Below, one piece after another: positions 39,001 to 51,861 of a stretch of DNA of 64,000 bases. A model generated the notes under the pieces. That model was not told the DNA's origin, ran no database searches, and saw only the letters and a list, made by a program, of their open reading frames with translations. Numbering within the stretch: position 1 is the stretch's first letter; every line of letters begins with the position of its first letter. The DNA comes from Eledone cirrhosa. Its lineage: Eukaryota. Both the position numbers and the translations under genes were made by a program. The stretch is taken from positions 92,876,001 through 92,940,000 of the forward strand of contig OZ024742.1 of NCBI GenBank assembly GCA_964016885.1, given 5' to 3'.

Positions 39001-39918
39001 AATCAGCAGTGGGGGAGGGTGCTCTGAAAGTACTGTAGCTAGAGTCAGAACTGGTTGGAAAAAGTTCAGAGAGCTTATACCACTATTAGCTGCTAAAGGG
39101 TTCTCCCTAAAAATGAAAGGCAGGTTGTACGATGCCTGCATACGAACAGCAATGTTGCATGGTAGTGAGACCTGGGCATTGTGTGCAGAGGATATACGCA
39201 GACTAGAGAGGAACGAAGCTTGCATGCTCCGCTGGATGTGTAACAGTAATATACGTGAACGGCAAAGCATAAACGAACTAAGGAAAAAATTAGAGATAAG
39301 AGGGATCAGATGTTGTTTACTCGAGAGAAGGCTGCGTTGGTATGGACACGTGATGCGCATGAAAGTCGATAGCTGTATTACAAAGTGCAGGGCAATAAAG
39401 ATAGACGGTAGCCACGGAATAGGCAGACCTAGAAAAACATGGGATGAGCTGATAAACTCCGACCTCACACACTTACACCTCTCCAAGACAATGTCACTGG
39501 ACCGTGACCTTTGGCGGTACTCAGTAACAGAGAAGACCCGCCTTGCCAGTAGGCATCTCTAACAAAATACACCCCTCCCGCCGCCACCCCCACCCCATCC
39601 ACACCACCCCGTTCTATGTAAAGTTATGTTGGTGCCGCGCCATCCAGGCCGAAACAAATGAGATCGTGTAGGTGTCACGACAAAAAAACACACAGTCCAC
39701 GCTGTAATGTGGCCGTGTAGGCAACACGGTAAAAACCTCCCAGACCCACACTGTAAATGTGGTTGGTGTTAGGAAGGGCATCCAACTGTAGAAAACCTGC
39801 CAGACAGTCCTATGCGAGCAAGACAATCACTCTTGCCTCAAGTGGGACTACCCCCGTCCAAACCCATGCAAGCGTGGAACACGGACGTTAAACGTTGATG
39901 ATGATGATGATGATGATG

Positions 39919-39920
<2 letters not shown>
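36070..39920 (+). mobile_element. Apparently full-length, intact RTE-clade LINE (subfamily B, ~350-bp 3' UTR, (GAT)n tail)
   Basis: Single uninterrupted APE+RT ORF, C-rich 5' leader, and 3' end GGACGTTAAACGTT(GAT)n followed by (TA)n. Confidence 0.96.
36299..39562 (+). CDS. RTE ORF: APE endonuclease, reverse transcriptase and PHD-like zinc finger (true start may be 36380 or 36449)
   Basis: APE motifs GTINVGTL, CCIQETRW, SAYAPQ, GDLNGHVG, VDYIL, SQHRL. RT motifs QFGF, FVDLEKAFD, GVHQGSVLSP, LLYADD. C-terminal LRWYGHV and GRPRKTW. Confidence 0.96.
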   Translation: MDGWMDGRTAESLESGRERKIWTPRAKMPKLKSNSPRGRECEHSSLFRPRMANITLSPPAPHHPQPPNATQNFRVGTINVGTLKGRANEVVEMLERKEVDVCCIQETRWRGGSARFIEGKKRCYKLFWVGNDDGLGGVGIMVAEKWADKIIDVNRVNDRIIKIRLVLNRTTVTVISAYAPQSGLPGTIKDRFYETLLLTTSQISDSDYIIIAGDLNGHVGQHCDGYDEIHGGYGFGTRNEEGSRILEYCDANNLTICNTNFKKSDNHLITYRSGEHTSQVDYILTRRRDRVSVVNTKSLPHEECTSQHRLIISDLIVRTRRTRQQKRTILRRKIWKLKDPTARNKFQSILLDAFDSKEEHLESDNIEGQWKFLKANLLLATDEVCGWSRPVGRRRVTWWWNSKVEGSIKAKKQAWKVWRDGGSRVDYQVARREARREVYLARREAEERKFKHVLQRDDQKREVFRIARQCVKENRDIVGEKCVLNDDGILAITDTDKKVAWKCHYERLLNEENKWEKDSLPHIDPIEGPAVLVEGSIISKAIKDMKTGKAAGPSEIVAEMLKASGTVGHTMVTRIVNQVVQNGVVPKDWHSSIIVNCYKGKGDALDRSNYRGIKLIDQVMKVTEKVIAQLIRERIDLDEMQFGFVSGKSTTDALFIVRQLQEKYLAKGKPLYLAFVDLEKAFDRVPRSIIWWALRKLGVDEWLVRAIQAMYKETVSKVRINNEYSEEFSVKVGVHQGSVLSPLLFIIALQAITEEFKTGCPWELLYADDLTLIAESMAELEKKFQTWKHGLESKGLKINLAKTKVLVCRKENKAAVPSGKWSCSVCRKGVGRNSILCPKCKVWVHKRCSGITGKLTKNIDFTCGRCSGAISSSKCPQNTSSFNCAEGFIEIVDSFRYLGDKISSGGGCSESTVARVRTGWKKFRELIPLLAAKGFSLKMKGRLYDACIRTAMLHGSETWALCAEDIRRLERNEACMLRWMCNSNIRERQSINELRKKLEIRGIRCCLLERRLRWYGHVMRMKVDSCITKCRAIKIDGSHGIGRPRKTWDELINSDLTHLHLSKTMSLDRDLWRYSVTEKTRLASRHL

Positions 39921-39954
<34 letters not shown>

Positions 39955-40181
39955 ATATATATATATATGGATATATATGTATGTGTATGTATATCTATAT
40001 CTATATGTATGTATGTATATGTATGTATGTATATATATATGTATCTGTATGTATGTATATATGTATCTGTATGTATGTATATATGTATCTGTATGTATGT
40101 ATATCTGTACATATATATCTATATATCTATATGTATATATATATATATATATGCATATATATATCTGTATGTATGTATATG

Positions 40182-40264
<83 letters not shown>

Positions 40265-40265
40265 G

Positions 40266-40296
<31 letters not shown>

Positions 40297-40313
40297 GTAT
40301 ATATATATATATG

Positions 40314-40354
<41 letters not shown>

Positions 40355-40426
40355 ATACTTGGGGAGGGTCATATTTGTGTAATATTGCCAGAATTAATAA
40401 CAGAACACACACATATATATATATAT

Positions 40427-40465
<39 letters not shown>

Positions 40466-40511
40466 AACGAGTAGGACCCCGACGGCTGAGCTCAAGCCGT
40501 TTAGACGGCTA

Positions 40512-40555
<44 letters not shown>

Positions 40556-40560
40556 TATGT
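39920..40560. repeat. (TA)n/(TATG)n microsatellite with embedded short element fragments
   Basis: Direct reading. Contains a Penelope end fragment (~40348-40410) and a half hairpin element (40461-40516). Confidence 0.9.
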
Positions 40561-40954
40561 GTGTGTATGGATATATAAGTATATATATATTTTCAATCAA
40601 AGAATAACAAAATAATCTCTAGCCTGCCTTCCACTCTGCTACCTTGCTGCTTCACCACCACCATTACTCTACCATAAAGATTAACAAGCAAAAGTATTAA
40701 AAATCGGAAAATATCATTTTGTTTTATAATACTGGTTTTTGAATGAAGAATTAAAATTAATGTTTATTATTATTGCTAAAAATTATTGGTCTTGAGGGGT
40801 GTTTTTTATTATATTTTTTTCTGTATGTACAATGGGCTTTGTAGCATTTTGGTCCAAATTCCTTCACAATTATTTCTAGAAATGTCTTCTTATTTTGATA
40901 TATGGAGAACTATTAAGAGACATTGTCTCGGCTTGAAGGAAGGAAGGACATGTA

Positions 40955-41345
40955 TGGGTAATGGTAGTGTTGTTGTTGGCAGTGGTTTGATTGTTGTTGT
41001 TTGTGGTGGTGGTTGGGTTGTTGTTGTGGTTTGTGGTGGTGGTGGGGTTGTTGTTGTTGGTGGTGGTAGTAGAGGCATTGTTGATGTTGGTAGAGGTGCT
41101 GGTGTTGTTGTTGTTTGTGGTGGTGGTGGTAGTGTTGTTGTTGTTATTATTTATGGTGGTGGTTGTGTTATTGTTATTGTTATTGGTAGTGTTGGTGGTG
41201 TTGTTTGTGATGATAGTGTTGTTGCTGGTGACAGTGTTGTTGTTTTTTATGGTGGTGGTAGTGATGTTTGTGGTGGGGATGTTGGTGGCAGTGTTGTTGT
41301 TTGTGGTGGTGGTGGTAGTGTTGTTGTTGTTATTGTTGTTGTGGT
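40955..41345. repeat. (GGT/GTT)n low-complexity repeat
   Basis: Direct reading of the sequence. Confidence 0.9.
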
Positions 41346-41809
41346 ATTTTAATAGCTTGAAATGAGGTATAATTTTATATGGAAAGGTATACTCACACAT
41401 AAGTAGGCATATATATACATCCACATCCACATGTGTGTGTACATATATACATACATAAAAACATGTATATTCATATATTGCACCTCTCTAAATGTTTTCA
41501 TTTCTTTATACACATATATTTCTTTATACACATATATTTGTAAACATGCACCTACACAAGTAATACATATTTATAAACAACTAAATACTTTGAAATTCAC
41601 ATATATGCTGATATATATACACTTCCACACACACACACACATATATGTATGAGGGTCAGCTGGAAAGTTCATAGGCTGACCAAGATAGTCTCATGGAGTG
41701 ACCAAATGAGGATTATGTTTCAATACAGTCCCTAGAAAGAAACAATGCAGTTATTAATAAGAAGAGTTGAAATTAATGAATGTAAGATTCTGATTGAGAA
41801 TAAGTTTAA

Positions 41810-42029
41810 CCCTTTAGCATTCACATTATTTTATATATACTATTATATTTTCATGGTAAAGGCTTTACCGCACATAATTATCTCACATAATATCGAATCT
41901 ATGAGATTTTGAAAGTATTTATTTTGAGAACAATACCTTAACATCAGTTTGAGCGACCAGTTACAGCCAGTTTCAACAGAAAGAGGTAGAGAATTCTGAC
42001 CGGGTTTGGCCGGTTTGAACACTAAAGGG
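41810..42029. mobile_element. piggyBac-type MITE
   Basis: TTAA|CCCTTTAGCATTCA ... TGAACACTAAAGGG|TTAA: imperfect 14-bp TIRs starting CCC, with TTAA duplication. Confidence 0.8.
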
Positions 42030-43794
42030 TTAAGGGTACATACGAGGTTTGTTGAATACACAGCTACTTATATATTCAAGAGTTGGATGTTCAGTAAGTC
42101 TTGTTAACACCAAACCATCTGAAGTCATCCCTGGTTCTACATTACATAATACTTTATTATAAGTATTCATATTTATCTAAAAGAAGGCAGTGAATTAGCA
42201 GTCATTAGACTATTGGACAAAAGATTTTGCGATATTTATTCTGGCTTTCTGAGCTTTTAGTTCAAATCTGGCTGAGGTCTACTTTGCATTTCATCCTTCC
42301 CATGTCAATAAAAAAGTACCAGTTTTCCCCCTGTATTTCTTTCTTACTTCCCTTCTCTCTCTCTCCTTTTCTCTTTCTCTGGAAGAATTCAGTCTGTTCA
42401 GACATGGAGAGTGGATGTCTCCATCAGGTTTTAAAATTGCCCAAGACATGCAGTATATCACACCAGCATCTCTACAGGACCATACACATATTTATCTAAA
42501 AACTTTCCATCACAATTTTATATAAGAACCTTTATGATATGCTCCAAGCTCCAGTTTAATAATGAGAAAGTTAATTAAATTAGAAAAACCCTCCATATTC
42601 TTGATTATTTTCAAAATCATTTGAAAATTATGGCCAATATCTTTTATTAGAAATATTGTAATGGAAGGGTTAATCAAATAAATGCTCATTGGCAAAACTG
42701 ATTGAGGCTCTGTCATTTCCTGTGTGGACTTGAATAAGATTTCTCCCTGTCTGACCAATAATAAACTGGTCCAGTATATTTTACCTCTCCTCTACTTAAT
42801 AAATTTGGCCAAATGCCTAAGGAGAAAAACCAAACAAAATCAATGTTATACTTCTTATGATGGGGTCTATGATGGCGACATAATGACTAGCTTCATCATA
42901 TAGAATAACTGACATTGATACTTTCCAGATTTTGTAATACAGCCACATAAAAGATGAAAATATACTTGATAAGACTTTACTGGCTATCTATAAGAACCAC
43001 AAAGAATTTTGGCCCCAGCTTTCAGTTAACTGGTTACTGATGTCTGGTGTGAAGAACAGGAGAATGGATGGTGCTGCTGTTGTCATTATGTGTGTTATAT
43101 GTGTGTGAAAGAGAGAGAGAGAGAGAGAGAGAGATAGTGTGTGTGTAAGAGAGTGAGAGTGTGTGTTATTGTGTGAGGGAAAATTTGATTGCATGTGTGA
43201 GAAAGAGAGAAAGAGTTATTCTGTATGTGTGTGCGTGTGTGTGTATGTGTTTGAGAGAAAGAGAGTCTGTATGTGTATGTGTGTATTAGATTGTGTATAT
43301 AGACATTAGAAAATTGCTGTAACCAGTTGCCAACACTAACAGTTGATGATGAAGTCCTACTGCCAGATCAAAACCACAGCTGCCACAGAAATTGATTTCA
43401 TTATTGCTGGGAAACAAAGTAAGGTCTGTGATTAGTCATGTATTAGAATCTAACCTCATTTTATATAACACTAATGGAGCCTTCTAACTTCCTATATACA
43501 CACTGACCAAGCTATGTATCTCTGTTTCTTTGTTATCAATGGCCATTGGGCAGTCTGTAAACACAAAAACTATGTAAAAGCCTCACACACATATATCAGC
43601 ATTGTTTTATGTCTACTCACATGTTCCATATTTGGCATGGTTTCTATGGCTCAATGCCCTTCCAAACATCAACCAACTTACCAAGTGTAACATGTGCATT
43701 TTATTGTGGCTCCAGGACTACCACTTTACACAGAGGAGTGGGTGCATTTTCTCATGACATCAACACTAACACTCACTTTACAGGATATATATAT

Positions 43795-45232
43795 ATCATC
43801 ATCATCATCATCACCGTTTTACGTCCGTTCTTCCATGCTAGCATGGGTTAGACGGGTTGTCCTGTTGTGTGCAGTGTCCAGTTGGCTGACCTTGTCTTGC
43901 TCATACAGGAACTGATTCTGGCGTGATTTCTACAGCTGGATGCCCTTCCTAACACCAACCACATTTACAGTGAGTCCTGGGTGCTTTTTTTCCATGGCCC
44001 CTACACATCCACTTTACAGTGTGGGCTGGGTGCTTTTTTGCCGTGGCACCTCCACGACCACATTGCAGTGGAGGGGCATATTGTCTATATGCTTCAGCTT
44101 TGGCTTGTTCCTGTAGGAAGTTGGGTCTTCTGTATTACTGCGTGACGCCAGAGGTCACGGTCATGTGTCATCGCCCTTGAGAGGTGCAATTGGGTAAGGT
44201 CAGCTTTTATCATGTCATCCCAGGTCTTCTTGGGTCTCCCCACTCCGCGGCTTCCATCGACTTCTAGTGCTCTGCACCTCTTTTTATGCAGCTGTCATCC
44301 TTCATATGCATCACATGTCCATACCAATGTAACCTCCTCTACTGCACACAACATTTGATTCCTCTTATGATCAGTCTCTCTCTCAATTCGTTTATGCTTT
44401 GCCGTTCGTGTATATTACTATTACACATCCATCGGAGCATGCAAGCTTTGTTTCTTTCTAATCTGCGCAAGTCTTCCACCTTCAGCGCCCAGGTCTCACT
44501 ACCATGTAACATTGCTGTTCGGATACACGCATCATACAGTCTGCCTTTCATTTTGAGGGAAAAGCCTTTTGCAGTTAGCAGTGGCAGTAGCTCCCTGAAC
44601 TTCTTCCATCCCATTCTTACCCTAGTTATTGTACTTTCCGAACACCCACCTCCACTGCTAATTTGGTCACCTAGGTAGCAGAAGCTGTCTACTGTTTCTA
44701 CAGAGCCCTCCCAGAGTTTGGTGGTGCTTGTTTCCTCTGGTCGCTTGTTGCTTGCTGTCCCAGCGCAGCTGCTACATATGAAGCCTACATTCTTAGTTAA
44801 ACTTCCTGAGATCCCATTACATCTCTTGTGTACCCATTGTTTGCATTTGGGGCAGAGGATGGAGTTCCTACCTACACCTTTCCTACATACTGAGCAAGGC
44901 CATTTCCCTGAGGTGATCTGGGTTCTGTTTTCTCATCTACTTACAAGAACCTTAGTCTTTGTCAGGTTGACTTTGAGACCCTTTCTTTCTAGTCCCTGCT
45001 TCCATGTTTGGAATTTCATCTCTAGTTCCACCATGGATCAGCTAAATGTGTGAGATCATCCACATATAGGAGTTCTCATGGGCATCCGGTCTTAAACTCC
45101 TCCGTTATTGCCTGCAAAACTATAATGAACAGGATAGGGTTCAGAACAGAGCCCTTGTGGACACCGACCTGCATGCTACATTCCTCGCTATAGTCATTGC
45201 TAACCCTAACCTTGCTGACTGCTCCTCTATAC
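43795..45232 (-). mobile_element. 5'-truncated, frameshifted RTE copy
   Basis: Minus-strand GVHKGSVLNP, AITEEFKTGCP, PHD-like finger, GWKKFRELLP...MLHGSETW, 3' UTR and (GAT)n tail at ~43795. Confidence 0.92.
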
Positions 45233-45328
45233 ATATATAGAAATATGTATAAAAAAGAGGGTGTCGTAAGATACCAGGTGGACCATAACACACCAGAGTA
45301 CTCAATACTTAGGGTAGTAGAGTGGGTA

Positions 45329-45450
45329 ATAGGAAAAGAGTCAGGACCCCGACAGCTGAGCTCTGGCCATTTCAACAGCTAGATCTGAGTTTGGATCTAG
45401 CTGTTGAAATGTCTGGAGCTCAGCCATCAGGATCTTGACACTTTTCCTAT
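45329..45450. repeat. Hairpin element (same family as 14083-14178)
   Basis: ATAGGAAAAGAGTCAGGA...TCTTGACACTTTTCCTAT self-complementary around the centre AGATCTGAGTTTGGATCT. Confidence 0.8.
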
Positions 45451-46744
45451 AAATATATATATACATATATATATATTTGTGTGTGTGTACATCATTCTCT
45501 GATACAAATATTTATAAGAAAATGACAAACCTTGTGTGTTTGAACAAAAAAATACCTTTCAAGTTACATAGCTGTTCCCTTGTCATTTTCCTGATCAGAA
45601 ATGCAGTGAACCAGTCTTGAGAAATTTAGAATCTTGTCTGCAATAACACTATTATTCACAAAATGCAATAGAGAATAATTTTGTAATTATACTTGTCTGG
45701 CAAATGACTTCATATAAGACTGAGTACTGAATTTGAAGTATGTAGTATCAGAGAAGAACAATTTTAGGTCTTAACATATTTTAACAATAGACACTGACTA
45801 TGATTTTCAAATAATTTTGAACATTACCACGTGTGTTAGACACATGGAATTCCAAAAGGTGCTCAGGGTTGTTGTTGGCAAGATGGTTAATAACTAACTT
45901 TCTCCTTAAGCTGGTGTTTGGAACTTAACAAATGTTATTACGTAAAACTATGATAGAAGCTTTATAGATATATATAAGGGCATTAAAACAAACAGATCAT
46001 GTATCATAGAACGAAAGGAGATAGCTGTAGGTGGTTTGTTATCAAAAGAATTAAAGAACATGCATAAAAAACTTACCTTTTATACTTCAATATGAGCCAA
46101 CATAAAAATAAGCCAACTTCACTATTTTATGTTTAAGAAATGGGCAAAAATCTAAATGCTATTTGTATAGAATTTGAAGTTAGTGAAAATCATCTAAATA
46201 TTGACCTCAAATATAAACCAATCCCCCTTCTATCATCGATATTTTGGTTACATATTCCTCATCTTATATTCAAGTGTATATGATATATTCCCTTTTCATT
46301 TAATTCTTGATGAGTCAACATTTTTGTTATCATGAGGTTGCAGAAATATGATATCTATGTTAATCATGTGTTTGTACAGGTCTTCATTATTTGCATATTT
46401 CTAGGGTGAGAGATTGGCAGAATTGTTAGTGTCAAACAAAATGGTTTGCAGCATTTAGTCACTGTACTTAACTTTTGAGCTCAAATTTTGATGAGGTCAA
46501 CATTGCTTTTCTTCAATAAAATAAAACACTAGTCAAGTACTGGGGTGGATTTAATTGACTTTACAAATTGTTGGTCTTCTGCTTAAATTAGAAACCATTA
46601 TTTGTGTGTTTGTCTGTACAAATATACATGTCTATGTATGTTTGTTTGTGCATATGTACACACACACACACACACGCATGGTCTATAAAAAAAGAACTCA
46701 ACCTTAGACTGGGGAAAAAGAAATTATATACATGGTGTGATTCA

Positions 46745-47160
46745 ATTGCTAATCTATCTTGAAGTAAGTCTCTTGTGCCATTACACACAGTCCAGTGATC
46801 CTTCTAATGTTCAAAGCACATCTGGAATGCTTCTTCTGGAATGGCTCTCAGCTCAGCCATTGCTGTTCCCATGATGTCCTTTTGGCTCTCAAAGAAGTCA
46901 AAAGAGGCCATTCGGCAAAGTAAGGGGCTTAGCAAATGGGTAAAATTCCTTTTTTTTGTGGGGCAAGAAAACTAGAATGAGGTAGGGTGCTGTTATGATT
47001 CAGCTGCCAAGTTTGTGAGAAAATAATCAACATCAGCTGGATTTTACACTGCACTGGACACACTTTTAGGGGCCTTGGTGATATTGGTGGCTGCCACTGT
47101 GATGATGCAGCTTTGGTTGTACCTATACTTCCACACCTTATCTCCTGTTGTAACTGTATT
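46745..47160 (-). pseudogene. Mariner (Tc1/mariner) transposase fossil
   Basis: Minus strand TGDKVWKYRY..KAASSQWQPPISPRPLK...MLIIF, LNHNSTLPH, AELRAIPEEAFQMCF..ETYF resembles the mariner TGDETW..Y..ETK.QS.QW, HHDNAP.H and C-terminal motifs. Confidence 0.7.
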
Positions 47161-47340
47161 CAGGAACTTTGTTGGCAGTATCAGGTGAGATGAAAATGTG
47201 ACAATTAGGCCAACACCTCACACATTGGTTGCCTGTCTTGACTGACATATCCAGCGATCTTGCCAAAACAGTATAAGTACAGAAATGTATGCAGCTCTAT
47301 TCTGCACACTATTGTTTTCCTAGTGTTATTACTTTAAGAT

Positions 47341-47528
47341 AGGGCAGTGGATTGGCAGTATCGGTAGAGGGTCGGACGCCATGCTTTGACGCATAGAGTT
47401 ACGGCCCTTGCCATTCTGAGTTCAAATCCCACCGAGGTTAACTTTGCCTTTCATCCTTATGGGGTCGATAAAATAAAGTACCAGTAATACACTGGGTAAT
47501 TGCTGGCCTTGTGCTAAAAGTAGAAACA
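47341..47528 (+). mobile_element. tRNA-like SINE (family 1) with target-site duplication
   Basis: A-box-like TGGCAGTATCGG and B box GAGTTCAAATCC. Flanked by GTTATTACTTTAAGATAGG at 47325-47343 and 47529-47547. Confidence 0.88.
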
Positions 47529-47907
47529 GTTATTACTTTAAGATAGGAAAAATAAAGTCAGGGACATTTTCGACATATAAATCTTAGTGTATATCAGTAT
47601 GTATGTTTGTGAGCATTTAACTGCATCTAATTGCCTGTGAGTGTATATTTGATTATCTACACATTATATATGCATAGCAATGTGTGTGTATATAGCTAAC
47701 AGACTTGCTGCGTGTGTGTGTGTGTGTGTGTGTGTGTTTGTGTGTTTGTGACACATCACTTTTCCTTTTCCATGTTGTTGTGCATGTAATTAATTATTTC
47801 TGTATTTGAATTTTATCTATATATCTTCTATGTAGATGAGATCATCAACTTTATGCCCACCTTCCCATAATGGCATATTTATCTATATCTAACTACATGT
47901 GTAACTA

Positions 47908-48178
47908 TCGAAAGGTTGTGAGTTCAATTCTCCGACCAGGTGATGTGTTGTTTCCTTGAGCAAGACACTTTATTTCACATTGCTCCAGTTTACTCAGCTG
48001 GGGTCCCTATCATTCCACTGTAAAGTGGTCGTGGAGGTGCCACGGCAAAAAAGCACCCAGCACTCACTGTAAATGAGGTTGGTGTTAGGAAGGGCATCCA
48101 GGTGTAGAAATCAAGCCAGAATCAGTTCCCGTTCCACCCTTGCAAGCAGGGAAAAAGCGGACGTAAAATGAAATGATG

Positions 48179-48180
<2 letters not shown>
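47908..48180 (+). mobile_element. SINE family 2 (tRNA head, RTE-derived tail), 5'-clipped
   Basis: B box GAGTTCAATTC. Body and tail match 57095-57415. Confidence 0.8.
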
Positions 48181-48217
<37 letters not shown>

Positions 48218-48310
48218 ATCAAAATAAATTAACAGAGTCATAGAGTCGTGCTAGTCCCTGTAAATGATGAGCTCAAAGGAAGAAGAATCCTGGGCTCTTC
48301 AAATATAATA

Positions 48311-48786
48311 TGTAGAAAAGATAACACACGAGAGAGAGTGTGTGTTTATCAATGTACAGGGAAAACCACCAGTGTATGGAATCTATAAACTATGAAAGGT
48401 GAGATAGACGCATAATAATTAAAAATATAAATCAGAATGAATTTACCCACCTTTATAACTATATATCACATACGTACAAACCCAAAGAGATTTGTTTCGC
48501 CAAAAGATTAAGTTTTTCTTAGAGTAGTCTGGAATGTATTCGCTTACCACACCCTGATGAACCTGGGTGTTTCATTCCAAACACTAATCTTTTGGCGAAA
48601 CAAATCTCTTTGGGTTTGTACGTGTGTGATATATAGTTGTAAAGGTGGGTAAATTCATTCTGATTTATATTTTTAATTATTATGCGTCTACCTCACCTTT
48701 CATAGTTTATAGATTCCATACACTGGTGGTTTTCCTTGTACATTGATAAACACACACTCTCTCTCTCGTGTGTTATCTTTTCTACA
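48311..48786. repeat. Long inverted repeat (~200-bp arms, 74-bp spacer)
   Basis: 48311-48510 is the reverse complement of 48585-48786 with few mismatches. Confidence 0.93.
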
Positions 48787-49274
<488 letters not shown>

Positions 49275-49275
<1 letters not shown>

Positions 49276-50150
49276 CATTATCATCATCAATGTTTAACGT
49301 CCATTTTTACATGCTAGCATGAGTTGTCTTCTTGTGAGAAATGCCTGGTCAGGTGTGACCATGTCTTTGCTCATACAGAATTGATTTTGGCTTGGTTTCT
49401 ACAGCTGGATCCCCTTTCTAACGCCAAACGCATTTATAGTGAGTACTGGGTGCTTTTTGTCATGGCATCAACATGACCACTTTACAGTGTGAGCTGGGTG
49501 CATTTTTTTGTGTCGCCATCATGTCCACTTTACATTGTGGGCTGGAGGCTTCACTACATGTATGCTTCAGCCTGTCCTCATGGGAGATGTGTGAAAGGGT
49601 GGGGTGGGCTGGAGGTGAGGGTGGTGTATACTATATGTATGGTTCAGTTTCAGCCTGTGCCCAGGGGAACGCGGGTTTTCTGTATTAATGCATAACACCA
49701 GAAATCTTGTTTCTGTGTCATCATCATTGAGAGGGGAAATTTAGCAAAGTCAGCTTTTATTACCTCATCTCAAGCCTTCCTAGGTCTCCCCACTCCAAGA
49801 CTCCCATCAACTTTGAGCACTCTGCACCTTTTTATACAACTGCCATCCTTCACATGTCCATACCAATGCAATCTCCTCTCCTGCATACTGCATCTGATTC
49901 CTTTTATGCCTAGTTTCTCTCTGAGTTCGTTTATGCTTTGATGTTCATATATATTACTATTACACATCCATCGGAGCATGCAAACTTCATTTCTTTCCAA
50001 TCTTTGTTGGGTACACACAGCATGCAGCTCTCACTACCATGCAACATTGCTGTTCCTATGCATGCATGATACACACTGCCTTTTGAGGGAAAAGCCTTTT
50101 ATAGCTAGTAGTGGTAGTGGTAGTAGTGCCTGAACTTCTTCCATCCCGCT
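49275..50150 (-). mobile_element. 5'-truncated decayed RTE copy
   Basis: RLERNEVCMLRWMC...RLHWYGHV...GRPRK plus 3' UTR and tail. Confidence 0.88.
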
Positions 50151-50864
50151 CATACTCAGTCATGTCTGCTGGCATCACAATTGGATGGTAAGATATGACC
50201 AGCCACATATCCCCATCATTGAATAACTACTCCTATGATTGTATAAGCCTCTGATAAAGTCACATGCATAACCATGTAACAGAAATATATATCATGTAAT
50301 AAAGCAATTATCGTGAAAGAACCTTGTCTTAAATATTCCTGTTTGATAAAAGAATATTCCATCACTCCTAATTACCAACTCTTAGCTGGGATAAACTACT
50401 GATGTGAAGTGTTTTGGGATCACTTGGACCAGCTTTTATCCTCATGAAGTTACAACCTAACAACCATGTATAAGCAACTTATCTTATGCAACTATATATA
50501 TATATATAATTGGTGTTGGATGCTTAAAGCGTCTGTATGCAATAGGCTGTATGAGCACTCAATGCTCTCATAGAGCAGAGTATGATATCACTGCTTTGTA
50601 GAATCAAGACGTATCTGAGGACCTTGTGATTTTCAGAGTCAGGTTCGATCATCACCTCAAAACGATTGTAATATGTCCAATAAATTCCATTCGTCGCAAC
50701 ACTGATTCTCTTTTTTTCTGTGATATATATATATATATATATATATCATCATCATCATCACCATCAATTAACATCTATCTTCCACGCATATATATATGTG
50801 TGTTTGTGTGTGTGTGTGTGTGCATGTATGTGTGTGTGTATGTATATGTGTGTGTGTATGTATT

Positions 50865-50895
<31 letters not shown>

Positions 50896-51559
50896 CTATG
50901 TATACAAAGGATATAGTGATAAGCAAATTGCATGATTATTGATTAACAAGCCACTGATTATCTATAATGTAATTATGTATTGTAATATGGAAATGTGTAT
51001 TATAATTAATTGTAATAACATATTATAATATTTCATAATTAATCCTTATTTTAGAGTTACTATTTGAGAGCACATGATGACAAATTAAACTGATTTTATC
51101 ATTGGAAGTAACATATATCAGACTGACAGATAGCTAAGCTCTGAAAATAGAGAAATTTTAATGTTTTTCTATTGTAATTTAAGAGCTCTTAAATTTGATT
51201 ATTAAATTATATTTTTCGTTTCAATAAGTTAAGATGACAGAAATCATTATTACTGGAAATTTTTTTGAATACCTTTAAATAATCATGTAATTTGAATCTT
51301 TTGAATTTTAAAATTAATTCATTTTTAAAAGGTCAATTAAACACCTATCTTTTTAGGTGGGTAGGAAGCCCCCCCCCCCTTCTACCTTGATACCCTTTAA
51401 CCTACAGGTTGTTATGCTACCTGGGCAGTCCAAAGTAATTTTCAGTTGTTTAGATGTCTGTTCAAGCACTAGAAGATTTGAAATTAATGCATCTCTAGCT
51501 GCACTCATTCATAGTCAACCTAAGAACTTTTTAGCCCATCCTTGTATATATATATATAA

Positions 51560-51850
51560 ATAAACAGATAAAAGAAAAATGGCGTAGACATACAATACAA
51601 CAGGAGGAACATAATAGTACCACTGATGATGTTGTAGATGTGCAACAAAAGAACTTTGTTAGACTATATATATGTGTTTATATCTGTATTTTTGACCGTT
51701 GTTCAGTCAATGATAAACATTGAGGACCAATGAATTAACTATGGAGATATTAAAGATACAGAAGCGAAAACCAACCAAACAGTGAGTGTGTTCTGTTATT
51801 ATTTCTGGCAATATTATTACAACAATATGACCCTCCCCAAGTATAACCAT
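51560..51850 (+). mobile_element. Diverged Penelope pLTR fragment
   Basis: Similar to 8600-8840 (AAATGGCGTAG..., CACTGATGA-TGTTG..CAACA-AAAGAACTTTG, terminal ATGACCCTCCCCAAGTATAAC). Confidence 0.6.
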
Positions 51851-51861
51851 ATATATATAAA

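Noticed and set aside
39888-40600. Long YI/CM-rich ORFs here and at ~1.8, 9.3, 14.4, 23.0 and 48.7 kb
   Set aside because: These are translations of (TA)n/(TATG)n microsatellites.
42880-43090. Open stretch ILDKTLLAIYKNHKEFWPQ.. as a host exon
   Set aside because: It lacks clear splice signals. The neighbouring RITDID motif suggests a very old LINE RT remnant, too degraded to call.
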